A program made the position numbers and the translations under genes. Shown one piece after another: positions 46,802 through 57,588 of a stretch of DNA of 64,000 nt. Positions within the stretch are counted from its first letter, which is position 1, and each line of letters begins with the position of its first letter. The DNA comes from a bacterium (GTDB lineage: Bacteria; Patescibacteriota; Minisyncoccia; Phycocordibacterales; JAGLPS01), in contig JAUYHB010000024.1 of assembly GCA_030690305.1 (NCBI GenBank), forward strand, positions 260-64,259, in the 5' to 3' direction. A model generated the notes under the pieces. It made no database searches. It saw only the letters and a list, made by a program, of their open reading frames with translations, and was not told where the DNA came from.

Positions 46802-46874
46802 TGTCTATTTAGGCATTTACAGCAAGAAAACAAATAATAAAAATACCGTCAGCCCAAGGCTGACGGTATTTTTA

Positions 46875-47270
46875 TTAGAATTTGAGTTGACGAACAAAGG
46901 AACCGAGTATGTTGTGAATTTTCCCGAAATAAATTTTGAAATAAAGCGGTCTTTCTTCTATGCCTCTGGCTCCCGAGAAAATACGTCCCCCATTTTCAAG
47001 TTCTTGATATTTTACGTGCGGGTTTGTAACGGTCATGTGGCTTCCCATTTTTTTTGCTGTCCGGTATTTTCCGTCGCTGCAAAAGACTTTTTCACTTAAC
47101 ACGAAATCAACGTTGATCTCATTGAGCCGCGCAAGCTCTTCCGACTCATGTTTTTCTTCCTCAATGATGAAATCACGCAGATCTTCAAGCAGACGATTCA
47201 CATCCTCCTGAAGTCTCGTCGCCGGAAGATCTTTTTTGTGCTGTTTTCTTAAAAATGATACTGCGTTCAT
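46875..47270 (-). CDS. hypothetical protein
   Basis: ORF with a terminator-like hairpin downstream. No motif recognised. Confidence 0.4.
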   Translation of the reverse strand: MNAVSFLRKQHKKDLPATRLQEDVNRLLEDLRDFIIEEEKHESEELARLNEINVDFVLSEKVFCSDGKYRTAKKMGSHMTVTNPHVKYQELENGGRIFSGARGIEERPLYFKIYFGKIHNILGSFVRQLKF

Positions 47271-47422
47271 AGTTTTTGTGTTTAGTTATAAGCACTATTT
47301 GCTTACTCTCAATAGTATCATTCTTTTGACATAATGTCAATGTATTTATATGATAAATGGCTTAGAATATAAGAAAAAGCGCGTCAGCCTAAGGCTGACG
47401 CGCTTTTATTGTTTTGTTTGCC

Positions 47423-48139
47423 TTAAACAGAAACTGATGCCGGTACAGGACCGACAAAATTACGAATTCTTCCCTTTCCGTTTTTTGTATGCCGGGGGAG
47501 AGCGAGTAATTGACGGGCTCTTTTGAACACCGACTCAATTGTTGACAAATTGGTTTGGGTGATACGGAGGTTTCGAATAATGTTTTTTTCCTGTAACTGG
47601 AGGTACTTGATCATGGGTACGGTTTTGCCCTTGAATTCTTTCCACCGTTTCTCGAAAGTGGACGTCGAGTCGTCTTTCCTGTCACCTCTGGTTTTGCCGG
47701 CACGAAGCAGTCTCTCGAGGAAAATTTCCTTTTCCCCGTCAAGAAAGAGATGTGTGACGCCAAAATGTGACCAATAACGTATGAAACTTGCGCGTTGGCC
47801 GTTTGTCCGGGGATAACCGCAAACAATTATCGGTATGCTCTTTGGCGCATAATCACCATTTCTTTCACGAATAATGCGCGTAACTTCTTTTTGGAAGCAC
47901 GTGTCAATAATTTCGTCGGGAAGCAAATGACCCGAATTCATTGCCGTTTTCAGCGCCTCCTGAAGGTGGGGTTCTTTCAAAACGTTCGAAAAACTCGGGT
48001 CGTTTTGAATCGTTTTGCGAAGATAATCGCCCATGTCGATGAAACCAAAACCATATTCGCGGGCGAGCCCTTCCGCAAGGGTGTTTTTGCCCGAACACGG
48101 TCCACCGGTAACCAGGATAAAACGAACGCTTTTCTGCAT
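47423..48139 (-). CDS. adenylate kinase-like NMP kinase (divergent)
   Basis: 'ILVTGGPCSGKNT', 'IDMGDYLRK', 'IVCGYPRT', LID-like 'RGDRKDD..FEKR'. Confidence 0.55.
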   Translation of the reverse strand: MQKSVRFILVTGGPCSGKNTLAEGLAREYGFGFIDMGDYLRKTIQNDPSFSNVLKEPHLQEALKTAMNSGHLLPDEIIDTCFQKEVTRIIRERNGDYAPKSIPIIVCGYPRTNGQRASFIRYWSHFGVTHLFLDGEKEIFLERLLRAGKTRGDRKDDSTSTFEKRWKEFKGKTVPMIKYLQLQEKNIIRNLRITQTNLSTIESVFKRARQLLALPRHTKNGKGRIRNFVGPVPASVSV

Positions 48140-48220
48140 TAACTACCTCCTCTGTTTAATAGGTTATAACGAACTTATCCTGGGCGAAAGAGTACCCCAA
48201 AAAACTACAAAGGTCAATAT

Positions 48221-49519
48221 TTAGGGGGCGACAGGAAAAGTCTTTTTGCCTGCATATACGGCCTCATTCCCCAATTCTTCCTCAATTCTTAATAGCCGAT
48301 TGTATTTTGCCACCCGCTCACTTCGGGAAAGAGAGCCTGTTTTAATCTGCCCTGTCCCAAGACCTACCGCAAAATCGGCTATGGTCGTGTCCTCGGTTTC
48401 TCCTGAACGGTGGGAAATGATTGATGTATATCGAGCTTTCCGCGCGATTTCGATAGTGTGTATCGTTTCGGTGACAGTCCCTATTTGATTTAGTTTCACA
48501 AGGATTGAATTTCCAACTCCTTCCGTAATTCCTTTTTCGAGGCGTACGGGATTTGTTACAAACAAGTCGTCACCGACAATCTGCATTTTCCCACCAAGAA
48601 TATCGGTAAGTTTTTTGTATCCATCCCAGTCATCTTCGTACAGGCCATCTTCAAGAGAAATAAGAGGATATTTTTTCTGCCAGTCCACGTACATGGCAAT
48701 CATTTCATCCGTCGTAAGATTTTTCCCTTCGGTTTTGAGGTTATATTTTCCATCGGCATAAAGTTCGTTCGACGCGGCGTCTATGGCAAGAGAGACATCT
48801 TTTCCGGCAACATAACCGGCGCGGTCAATTGATTTTAAAATCACTTCAATGGCAGCCTCGTTTGAAGGCAGAGCGGGCGCGTATCCTCCCTCGTCCCCAA
48901 CCATGACATTGCAATTCATTTCTTCGAGTACTTTCTTCAGTGTATGAAAAATTTCCGAACCGTATCGCAATGCTTCTTTAAACGTCTGCGCCCCGTGCGG
49001 TACTATCATGAATTCTTGAAGATCGGTGGAATTAAGAGCATGTTTTCCGCCGTTTAAAATGTTCATGAGAGGAACGGGAAGAATCATCTTGCCTTTTCCG
49101 CTTATGTCATTGAAATAGCGGTAGAGCGGTTTCTTCTCGCTCTGGGCTGCCGCGTGAGAAAATCCGAGTGATACTCCTAAAATCGCGTTTGCCCCAAGAT
49201 TACTTTTGTTTTCTGTGCCGTCAATTTCAAGCATTGTCTTGTCGAGATTTTCTTGACCAAACTCTTTTCCGACAAGCGAATTACTCAAGGTTGTGTTTAC
49301 GTGCGTAACCGCGTTGGATACCCCTTTACCTTGATACCGTTTTTTGTCTCCATCGCGGAGTTCAACGGCCTCGTGCGTGCCTGTGGAAGCGCCGGAAGGA
49401 ATGGCCGCACGGCCAAATGCGCCGTCTTCAAGAGTAACGTCAACTTCAACAGTAGGATTCCCGCGGGAGTCGAGAACTTCTCTTGCAAAAATGTTTCGTA
49501 TTTTCTTTATCGTTTCCAT
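48221..49519 (-). CDS. eno: enolase
   Basis: '[17 protein letters not shown]', 'SGASTG..EA', '[11 protein letters not shown]'. Confidence 0.95.
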   Translation of the reverse strand: METIKKIRNIFAREVLDSRGNPTVEVDVTLEDGAFGRAAIPSGASTGTHEAVELRDGDKKRYQGKGVSNAVTHVNTTLSNSLVGKEFGQENLDKTMLEIDGTENKSNLGANAILGVSLGFSHAAAQSEKKPLYRYFNDISGKGKMILPVPLMNILNGGKHALNSTDLQEFMIVPHGAQTFKEALRYGSEIFHTLKKVLEEMNCNVMVGDEGGYAPALPSNEAAIEVILKSIDRAGYVAGKDVSLAIDAASNELYADGKYNLKTEGKNLTTDEMIAMYVDWQKKYPLISLEDGLYEDDWDGYKKLTDILGGKMQIVGDDLFVTNPVRLEKGITEGVGNSILVKLNQIGTVTETIHTIEIARKARYTSIISHRSGETEDTTIADFAVGLGTGQIKTGSLSRSERVAKYNRLLRIEEELGNEAVYAGKKTFPVAP

Positions 49520-49715
49520 TTGATGAGGACAGTATAGCAAAAACCCGCTCTAATTTCCTTTTGCAAAACACGATAAAATCCTACTGGATTTTTCTCTGCT
49601 CGCCTTCTTCAGGCTCCGCAAGATTTTTTAAAAGGAAATTCTCGCTCAAACGTCCTGAAGGAAAAGCTAAAGAAAAACAAAAAACCCCGCTTGCGCGGGG
49701 TGTTTTTGTTTATGC

Positions 49716-49973
49716 TTAGCGAGGCTGCATAGGTCGCGCCTCGTTAACCGTGATGGTTCTACCATCCATGTCCTTGCCATTGAGCATGTCAATAGCTTTC
49801 TGTCCGTCTTCGTCGTTTGTCATAGTGACAAATCCGAATCCGCGGGACTTTCCGGTCATACGGTCCATAATGACGTTTGCTGACTCAACTGCTCCGGCCT
49901 GTGAGAAAACTTCTGAAAGTCTCTCATCGGTCGTAGTGTAAGGCAAACCGCCAATATATAACTTCTTCGCCAT
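49716..49973 (-). CDS. RRM-type RNA-binding protein
   Basis: RNP2 'KLYIGGL' and RNP1 'RGFGFVTM'. Confidence 0.85.
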   Translation of the reverse strand: MAKKLYIGGLPYTTTDERLSEVFSQAGAVESANVIMDRMTGKSRGFGFVTMTNDEDGQKAIDMLNGKDMDGRTITVNEARPMQPR

Positions 49974-50106
49974 TTGTTTCCGATGTACGTTAACTGAATA
50001 ATTGCATCGCACACGAACCCCTACCAATGGCGAGTTAAAACCCTAGACCCACTGGAGATTTACGATACAAGAAGGGATTATACAAGAAATGAAGAAAAAA
50101 GCAAGC

Positions 50107-50880
50107 CTACAAGAGCGCATTGTCGATAGCGTATTCTCCGACACGCGTCCGAGTAAGAGAAAGAATAGTGCCCCCACAAGCCAGATTTTGGCCAAGTAAG
50201 TGAACAAGTCCGCGTATATACGTGCCCGAAGTGACTGAAAAAAAGACCGATGTTGTCCTGAATGTCTCCCCTTCTTTTCCCGCAAGTGTTTTGCGCCACT
50301 CCCGCACAATATCGTCCTGGCGAAAATTACCTGAAATTTTGGAAATTTTTTCTTCAATGGCCGAAAGAAGAACCTTACCGTGCATCGCGTTGTGAGAAAC
50401 CACGTATGCGTTTTCCACGTGAATATCTTTGAGAGGAATTTCAATTTCGTTTATTTTTCCTTCACGGGCCCATTGAAACAGTGGTTTACCGAGAACCGGC
50501 TTGGAAGAGTAGGCTGGAAAGTGCTGGTGAGTTTCGTCGTGAAGTTTTTTCACTTCTTCTTCGACAAGAACATCAAATGTTTCGGGAAAGGAAAACGGCG
50601 TGCTGCGCATTATTCCGAGAATGTCGTATGTGTCGGTTGAAAAACCCCACAGGATTTCACATACATAGTCTTTGGTAAAAGAAAGATATTGCGCACGTTT
50701 TTTATTTTCTTCATCAACAAGCACGAGAAGCACCCCCTCGGCCATTGGGTCAAGACGTCCCGCATAACTCAATGTCGCATCCGCATACAGCGGATTTTCT
50801 TTTTTAAAACGCTCAAGACGTTCTTTGGGCGTTTCCCCAATACGTTTGTATAGATTGATGATTCCTTGTTTCTCCTTCAT
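50107..50880 (-). CDS. truB: tRNA pseudouridine(55) synthase TruB-like
   Basis: 'GRLDPMAEGVLLV', 'KDYVCEILWGFSTDTYD'. Confidence 0.7.
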   Translation of the reverse strand: MKEKQGIINLYKRIGETPKERLERFKKENPLYADATLSYAGRLDPMAEGVLLVLVDEENKKRAQYLSFTKDYVCEILWGFSTDTYDILGIMRSTPFSFPETFDVLVEEEVKKLHDETHQHFPAYSSKPVLGKPLFQWAREGKINEIEIPLKDIHVENAYVVSHNAMHGKVLLSAIEEKISKISGNFRQDDIVREWRKTLAGKEGETFRTTSVFFSVTSGTYIRGLVHLLGQNLACGGTILSLTRTRVGEYAIDNALL

Positions 50881-50904
50881 CTTTTGGCTACAATAGTACC
50901 TATC

Positions 50905-51891
50905 ATGGAAGAAAAGGCAAAGAAGCTTTCAACTGAGAGCTACAAAGGTGTGCGGGATTTTTATCCCGAAGACATGGCTGTTCAAAATTATATTTTCTCG
51001 ACATGGAGAAAAATAGTTGAGGAAGCCGGGTATCAAGAGTATGAAGCATCCATACTTGAATATGCCGACCTCTATCGAAGTAAAGGAAACGACGAAATTG
51101 TTAATGACCAGATGTATCTGTTCAAGGATAAAGGCGACCGTGAAGTTGCCCTTCGTCCAGAAATGACACCTTCGCTTGCCCGCATGATTGCGGCAAAGCG
51201 CAGAGGTCTCAAGCTCCCCCTCCGTTGGTATTCAATCCCAAACGTTTTTCGTTACGAACGTCCTCAACGCGGACGCAAGCGCGAACACTGGCAGCTCAAC
51301 TGTGACCTTATAGGTGTTCCTGGAATTGAGGGAGATGTAGAGATTATTTCTCTTGCTCATAAAACTATGCGAGAGTTCGGAGCAAAAGATGAAGATTTCA
51401 TTATACGAGTGAATGACCGGAAACTCTTTGACGAAATTTTTGAAGAGATTGGCGGTTGTTCATCGAGTACGAGAAAAGAAGTTATACGCCTTGTGGATGC
51501 TCAAGAAAAAATTGATAACTTTAAAGACGAACTTACCCGTAACTTGGGAGAAGAGAAAAAAGAAAGATTTCTAGAACTTTTGAATGGGAAGAAAACAACA
51601 AAAAATCTTGATAACTTAAAAAACGAGCTCAATTCAAGAGGGATTAATAATGTGGTTATTGATACAAACATTGCTCGGGGTTTTGATTACTACACGGGTA
51701 TTGTCTTTGAAGCTTTTGACACAAACACGGAAAATCGTCGTTCTCTTTTTGGTGGTGGACGATATGATAATTTGCTTGAGATGTTCGGTGTAGAACCTGT
51801 AGCAATCGTTGGTTTCGGTATAGGAGATGTTACTGTTCGCGATTTTCTGGAAAGCCACAACCTCCCGCTTACTATTTCTAAAAAGTTATAA
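50905..51891 (+). CDS. hisS: histidyl-tRNA synthetase catalytic domain without anticodon-binding domain (HisRS/HisZ-like)
   Basis: 'GVRDFYPED', 'LRPEMTPSLARM', motif 3 'GGGRYDNL'. The ORF stops right after the catalytic core. Confidence 0.7.
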   Translation: MEEKAKKLSTESYKGVRDFYPEDMAVQNYIFSTWRKIVEEAGYQEYEASILEYADLYRSKGNDEIVNDQMYLFKDKGDREVALRPEMTPSLARMIAAKRRGLKLPLRWYSIPNVFRYERPQRGRKREHWQLNCDLIGVPGIEGDVEIISLAHKTMREFGAKDEDFIIRVNDRKLFDEIFEEIGGCSSSTRKEVIRLVDAQEKIDNFKDELTRNLGEEKKERFLELLNGKKTTKNLDNLKNELNSRGINNVVIDTNIARGFDYYTGIVFEAFDTNTENRRSLFGGGRYDNLLEMFGVEPVAIVGFGIGDVTVRDFLESHNLPLTISKKL

Positions 51892-51908
51892 TTTCTAGAA
51901 ACTCCAGT

Positions 51909-52481
51909 ATGCGAAAAATAGTTTTTGATGTTGAAACCGCGAATCTCTTTCAAGACGTGGGTACGAATAATCCTGCCGATTTGACCATTTCTCTTCTTGC
52001 CATTTACGACTACACGGAAGACAAGTATTCATCATTTTTGGAAAACGAACTTTCGCAGTTGTGGCCTATTCTCTCAAAAGCTGACATTCTTATCGGCTAT
52101 AACTCGGACCACTTCGACATCCCCCTTCTCAATAAATATTACCCCGGCAATCTGGCAAAAATTAAAAGTGTTGATTTGCTGAGAGAGATTAAAAACAGTA
52201 TTGGCAAGCGCGTACGCCTTGACCAGGTGGCGCAAGGAACTCTCGGTGTTTCTAAATCCGGACACGGCCTCCAGGCCCTTGAATGGTGGAAAAAGGGCGA
52301 GATAGAAAAAGTGAAAGCATATTGCATCGATGACGTAAAGATCACAAAAGATCTGTACGAGTATGCGCTTAAAAATAGCAAACTTTTCTATAAAGAAGGC
52401 CCTGCCAAACTTGAAATAAAACTTGATACCAGGCTTTGGGAAGAAGTCAAAGAAACCGCTTTCACCCAATCACTTTTCTAA
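51909..52481 (+). CDS. DEDD-family 3'-5' exonuclease (DnaQ-like)
   Basis: 'IVFDVETAN' Exo I, 'YNSDHFDIPLL' Exo II, 'YCIDDV' Exo III. Confidence 0.65.
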   Translation: MRKIVFDVETANLFQDVGTNNPADLTISLLAIYDYTEDKYSSFLENELSQLWPILSKADILIGYNSDHFDIPLLNKYYPGNLAKIKSVDLLREIKNSIGKRVRLDQVAQGTLGVSKSGHGLQALEWWKKGEIEKVKAYCIDDVKITKDLYEYALKNSKLFYKEGPAKLEIKLDTRLWEEVKETAFTQSLF

Positions 52482-52497
52482 AGAAAGTGGCGGCCTG

Positions 52498-53265
52498 TCA
52501 AAAAATAATAAACCAAAAAAGAAGCGCTACCAAAATGCGGTATATGCCGAATGGGACAAAGTCGTGTTTTTGAACAAATCCGAGGAAAAATTTGATACTT
52601 GCCATGGCAACCAAAAATGCCGAGAAAAAACCCACGGCAAGTATCCCCGCCTCGTTTAAGGAAAAAGTGGAAGCATTTTTGTACAGATCAAGCCCGCTTG
52701 CGGCAAGCATCGTGGGCACGGCAAGCAGGAAGGAAAACTCAACGATTGTTTTTCTTTTGAGCCCCAAAAGCAATCCTCCCAGAATTGTCGCAGCCGAACG
52801 CGAGACTCCGGGAATAAGCGCCACGGACTGGAACAGCCCGACAAAAAACGACTGGGAATAAGAGATGGAATGCACGTCTTCGGTTGCGGTGTCTTTTTCC
52901 TTATGGAGAAGTTCAAAAACAATAAGAACAATACCACCGATAAAAAGCGCCCAAAGAACAATGGCGTTATTCCCCAAGAAATATGTTTTCACAACGCGGT
53001 ACAGGGTAAATCCAACAAGCGCCGTCGGGAGAAACGCGACAACAAGTTTCTTTATGATGGTAAGGTTAAGAAACGATTTCCAATAGAGAACGATAACCGA
53101 AGCGATGGCCCCGAGTTGAATGATTATTTCAAAACTTTTAAGGAAATCCGTTTGGGCCAAATGTGAAATTTGACTCACGAGGATTAAATGCCCCGTCGAG
53201 GATACCGGTAAAAATTCGGTAATGCCCTCAACTATGCCGAGCAAAATCGCTTGGATAACGGTCAT
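52498..53265 (-). CDS. uppP: undecaprenyl-diphosphatase UppP/BacA
   Basis: 'GIVEGITEFLPVSSTGHL' and polytopic TM. Confidence 0.9.
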   Translation of the reverse strand: MTVIQAILLGIVEGITEFLPVSSTGHLILVSQISHLAQTDFLKSFEIIIQLGAIASVIVLYWKSFLNLTIIKKLVVAFLPTALVGFTLYRVVKTYFLGNNAIVLWALFIGGIVLIVFELLHKEKDTATEDVHSISYSQSFFVGLFQSVALIPGVSRSAATILGGLLLGLKRKTIVEFSFLLAVPTMLAASGLDLYKNASTFSLNEAGILAVGFFSAFLVAMASIKFFLGFVQKHDFVPFGIYRILVALLFWFIIF

Positions 53266-53330
53266 TACAGTATTATCACAGAAAATCTGCGCTTCCGTAA
53301 GTCCTGCTAATTTGGAATGGCTGTGGTAAA

Positions 53331-54164
53331 ATGAGGCTCATTAACAAATCACAGTCTATTACCATGGATACTACGCAGAACAAATGGACAGTCCCCTTTG
53401 CTATTGTCGTTGCCGGAGCCCTTATCGCGGGAGCGATTTATTTTTCAAATAAAAGTACTTCCCAAACACAACAGCAGCCACAAACGGGCACTCCACAGAA
53501 AGTGACAATTACTCTTGAGCCCGTAAGCGCAACCGAGCATATTTTAGGCAATCCTGCTGCCGCAATTACCGTGGTTGAATTCTCCGACACCGAATGCCCG
53601 TTCTGCAAGCAATTTCACACAACAATGCACCAAGTAGTCGATGAATATGGGAAGGACGGTTCCCTTGCCTGGGTATATCGACATTTCCCCATTCCCGAGC
53701 TTCACCCGAAGGCCGCCAAAGAATCGGAAGCGCTTGAGTGCGCGGCTGAACTGGGCGGAAATGAGAAGTTTTGGGCATATACCGATAGAATTTATGAGAT
53801 CACCCCTTCAAACAACCAGCTTGATGCCGCGCAACTTCCCATTATCGCAAAAGAGGTAGGTCTTGATGTAACCGCGTTCAATAATTGCCTTTCAAGCGGG
53901 AAATACGCCGCAACGGTTGAAGCCGACAAACAGGAAGCGGTGAAAGCGGGAGGCCGTGGCACCCCGTTCTCCGTTATCATATTAAAGAAAAAACTAACCG
54001 ACGATGCCGAGGGGGTCATAGGCCAACTTGCGGCGCAACTGCGGGCGCAGACGGGAACGGACGCAATATTGATTTCTCAGGACAAAACAAAAGTTGCCAT
54101 AAGTGGAGCATTTCCTTACAGCTTCCTCAAGGGTATTTTTGATCTCATTCTCGGACGTCCCTAG
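53331..54164 (+). CDS. DsbA-like thiol:disulfide oxidoreductase (membrane-anchored)
   Basis: 'VVEFSDTECPFCKQFH' CxxC in a Trx fold. Confidence 0.75.
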   Translation: MRLINKSQSITMDTTQNKWTVPFAIVVAGALIAGAIYFSNKSTSQTQQQPQTGTPQKVTITLEPVSATEHILGNPAAAITVVEFSDTECPFCKQFHTTMHQVVDEYGKDGSLAWVYRHFPIPELHPKAAKESEALECAAELGGNEKFWAYTDRIYEITPSNNQLDAAQLPIIAKEVGLDVTAFNNCLSSGKYAATVEADKQEAVKAGGRGTPFSVIILKKKLTDDAEGVIGQLAAQLRAQTGTDAILISQDKTKVAISGAFPYSFLKGIFDLILGRP

Positions 54165-57100
54165 ATATTCCCTTTCAAAATATCATCCTCAAACGCGATA
54201 ATTCCGGAAAGATTTTTTTCGTATTTTTCAACAGATGGAAACTCCAGGGCCAGAATTTTTTTGTATACGGCAACAATAAGGGCGACCATCCGCGACGTTT
54301 CTTTTTCCGAAAGAGACAAAGAAAGGCTTGCGAGCTTTCCCCCTTTTGGTTCAATAAATTGGAGTATTCCTTCGGTGACTTCAAAGTCACTGAAATCTTT
54401 TGAGTGTTCCAGGAGAATCTTGTAAAAAATAAGCTGCTCGGCATACTGGTGCAGTTTGACTTTATCGTACACTCCGGAAGCTTTCCACGAAAAACAAGGA
54501 GCGCCTGTTTTCCAGTCATAGACCTTCATGCGTCCGTGAGCAAGTTTTTCCAACTTGTCGATTTTTCCGGAAAGCGGCACGCCCGAAATGACAACGTTTT
54601 GGCGCGAAAAATTGACTTCGACAAGCTGCTCGGCACTCCAGTTTTTTTTCTGCGACTCGTAAAATGCCGTAAGGCTTTTGATTCCTCTCTTGAGTTCACG
54701 CGCGTAATCCGCTTGGCTAAGACGCTCTTCCTGAAGAGACGTTTCAAAAAAACCAAGAGCCCTTGTGCGCGTGGGGAGCGTCCCCGTTTTTTTCAGCGCC
54801 CGGTGGGACAATTCAAGCGCTTTGTGCACTGCCGACCCGAATGACGCACTTGCCGATTTTGCCCGGGGAAAACGAAGAAGGTTTTGCTCAAGGAACAGCT
54901 GAGGGCCACCGTGAATAACATTTAGGTAATTGTTGAGATGGGTCACGCTCATCTTATAATCGTCCAGGAGAGGCAGAAGTAGGGCCTTTTCATCGGATAC
55001 AAAAGGGGGAGCATAGAATGGAAGCGTAATGGGTACAACGTCTTTCTCCCCTCTTCCCGCTTCCGGATTAACAGAAAATTGCGCGGAAAGAATGTCGGAT
55101 ATTTTTTTGTTTAAATGTGTTTTGTCGGAAACAAGAAAAGAAAGCTTTGACATCGCCCTTCCGTTTTCTCCGACAGCGTGGCAAGAAAGGTAGAGTGTGT
55201 GTTTTGCCCGGGTAATCGCCACAAAAAAGAGCCTCATGTGGTCGTCTTTTGTGTCGTTGCCCGGCGCAATGGGAAGGTTGGCGGGAAAAGAAATTTTGCT
55301 TATTGTTCCACGCCCGGTCCACACTTCGTTTTGGCAGTGGAGAACAAACACTACCGGAAATTCCAATCCTTTCGCTTTGTGCGCGGTAAGTAAGGACACT
55401 GCGGGACGTCCGGTCAAAAACGCCCCCTCGTCGGCAAGGATAATTTCATTTTTCTCATGAGTGTCAACAAAGTCGATAAGATCGTCAATGCGCAACATTC
55501 TCCCCTGTTTATATTCTCGGAGCGCTTGAACAAAAACCCGCAGCGCCGAGAGAAAGACAAGGTATTCCGCGCGCGCGGTATTAAATTTTGTCTTCCCGAA
55601 ATAATATTCTTTGAAGGGACTGACAAATACCCTCTTTGAAGGAAGGGCGGCTGTCTCATTTTCGGAAAGCATCTCCAAAGACACGTGCGTACCAATAATG
55701 TCGTCGAGAATGTATTCAAGCGGCTCGTTGAGGGAACGGATTGAGAGGGAGACGAGAAAAGAAGCAAGTATCTTTATACGCCGATTTTTTGATTTTTCCA
55801 TTATTGCGAGCCATGGTTTTCTCGTACGTGAAGCTTCCAAAGAAATTTCCCAAATCGCCCTTCTTTCAATACCCCAAAACGGGTAGCTGAGAATTTCCGG
55901 CAGTAAGTTGTCCGCCTCTTCCCTGTCTTTCCTTCCGAGGGTGACAAGAAACCGGGCGATGCCGATAATTTCCACGATATGTTTATCGCGCAATACATTT
56001 TGCTGACGCTCGTAATTTACGGCAATTTTTTTGCGGTACAAGTACGGCACGATTTTTTCAAGAAACTGGTGCTTCCTGCCGATAACAGCTATGGACGAGG
56101 GGGCCGTACCGTTTTTTATCAATCGTTCGATTTCATCGGCAACAAACGCATATTCATCGTCACTACGGATAAAATTCCGAAACACCACATCCCCCTTTTT
56201 TTCTTTGCCTACGGAAATAAGAGTCTTTTTGATTTCAGGAAAGCGGTGTTCAAGTCTGTTTTCCCCCTTTTTTGCGACATGGAGCGCTAGGTCAACAACA
56301 TCTTTTGTTGAGCGATAATTAGACGCAAGCGTGACAATTTTTGGCTTAATATAGCGTTCTTTAAAAGTGAGGATATTCCCGACTTCCGCCCCTTGAAATT
56401 TGTATATGGCCTGGTCGTCATCACCGACAACCATAAGATTGGGACGACCTTCGTTGACAGGATGATTCGTCAGAACTTCAAGGAGACTCATCTGAGCGTC
56501 ATTCGTGTCCTGGAACTCATCAACAAGAACATAGTGATACCGTTCCTGAAAATCAAGACGGACAGATGTTTTCCCTTTAAGAAGAGCAATAACCTGAAGA
56601 AGCATGTCGTCAAAATCATAAAATCCCTGCGTATGCATCTTACTTTCATACGCCTCATATATTGAAGCGAGAGAAAAAAGTTTTGGAAGAGAAAGCGAGT
56701 CTTTGAGGGCGGGATTCCCCTTCTCGTCTTTTGAAAACCATTTTTCCTTCCATGCGGTAAGCGATTTTGTGCTGCCGGTTTCTTTGGCATCGTTAATAGC
56801 CAAGGAGAGCGCCTCAAACAGGAAAAAAGAGACAGGCCGGACAGGTGTTTTCAAATCAATATTTTTTTTGATGTGGGCACAGATTTTTTCCAAAGACCGG
56901 ATTTCTTTTTTATGCATGCGCTTTGAAAACGCGGGAGAAAGAATTTTTGAAAGAGAGGTAAGTTCCTTTTCGTTTCGTTTCAGTAATGAACGGAAGTCCG
57001 CCGGGGATAGCCCGGCTTTTTTGAGTTGTCCGATGGCTGTATGGACATCCTTAAGGTACACGTATCCCTGTTCGGGATGAGTTTTTCTTAACGGGTCATC

Positions 57101-57505
57101 GTGAGACAGTTCGGAAAAAATAGTCTCAAGAATTTCAAGTTGGGTGACGGTGTCGGCAGGACGAAAATTCGCTCCGTCATAAAAATATTCTGGGAAACGT
57201 TCTATGACATCAACGCTAAAACTATGGAACGTATAGATTCCTACCCGATATGCTTCACCTCCAATAAGACCTTGGAGTCTTTGGCGCATCGTTGACGCGG
57301 CGGAATCCGTAAAAGTAAGGCACAGAATATTCGATGGTGAGGTGTCCGTTTTATGAAGAATATTTGCTATTCTAAGGCTTAAAATCTCGGTTTTTCCGCT
57401 TCCCGGACCCGCGAGAACCAGAACCGGCCCTTCAATCGCATCAACCGCCTGTTTTTGCCTTTCATCAAGGGCTTTGTATCTTTTTTGGAATTCGGAATCC
57501 GTCAT
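54161..57505 (-). CDS. UvrD/PcrA/AddA-like helicase fused to a C-terminal RecB-family PD-(D/E)xK nuclease
   Basis: 'VLAGPGSGKT', UvrD motifs, C-terminal 'KVYDWKTG'. 1114 aa. Confidence 0.8.
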   Translation of the reverse strand: MTDSEFQKRYKALDERQKQAVDAIEGPVLVLAGPGSGKTEILSLRIANILHKTDTSPSNILCLTFTDSAASTMRQRLQGLIGGEAYRVGIYTFHSFSVDVIERFPEYFYDGANFRPADTVTQLEILETIFSELSHDDPLRKTHPEQGYVYLKDVHTAIGQLKKAGLSPADFRSLLKRNEKELTSLSKILSPAFSKRMHKKEIRSLEKICAHIKKNIDLKTPVRPVSFFLFEALSLAINDAKETGSTKSLTAWKEKWFSKDEKGNPALKDSLSLPKLFSLASIYEAYESKMHTQGFYDFDDMLLQVIALLKGKTSVRLDFQERYHYVLVDEFQDTNDAQMSLLEVLTNHPVNEGRPNLMVVGDDDQAIYKFQGAEVGNILTFKERYIKPKIVTLASNYRSTKDVVDLALHVAKKGENRLEHRFPEIKKTLISVGKEKKGDVVFRNFIRSDDEYAFVADEIERLIKNGTAPSSIAVIGRKHQFLEKIVPYLYRKKIAVNYERQQNVLRDKHIVEIIGIARFLVTLGRKDREEADNLLPEILSYPFWGIERRAIWEISLEASRTRKPWLAIMEKSKNRRIKILASFLVSLSIRSLNEPLEYILDDIIGTHVSLEMLSENETAALPSKRVFVSPFKEYYFGKTKFNTARAEYLVFLSALRVFVQALREYKQGRMLRIDDLIDFVDTHEKNEIILADEGAFLTGRPAVSLLTAHKAKGLEFPVVFVLHCQNEVWTGRGTISKISFPANLPIAPGNDTKDDHMRLFFVAITRAKHTLYLSCHAVGENGRAMSKLSFLVSDKTHLNKKISDILSAQFSVNPEAGRGEKDVVPITLPFYAPPFVSDEKALLLPLLDDYKMSVTHLNNYLNVIHGGPQLFLEQNLLRFPRAKSASASFGSAVHKALELSHRALKKTGTLPTRTRALGFFETSLQEERLSQADYARELKRGIKSLTAFYESQKKNWSAEQLVEVNFSRQNVVISGVPLSGKIDKLEKLAHGRMKVYDWKTGAPCFSWKASGVYDKVKLHQYAEQLIFYKILLEHSKDFSDFEVTEGILQFIEPKGGKLASLSLSLSEKETSRMVALIVAVYKKILALEFPSVEKYEKNLSGIIAFEDDILKGNI

Positions 57506-57588
57506 GTCAAGGCTGATTATACCATTGCATAATGGTATACTCCGAAGTGAATCCCAGAGTTATTTGAAAACGCGGAAAGGAGGCATAT

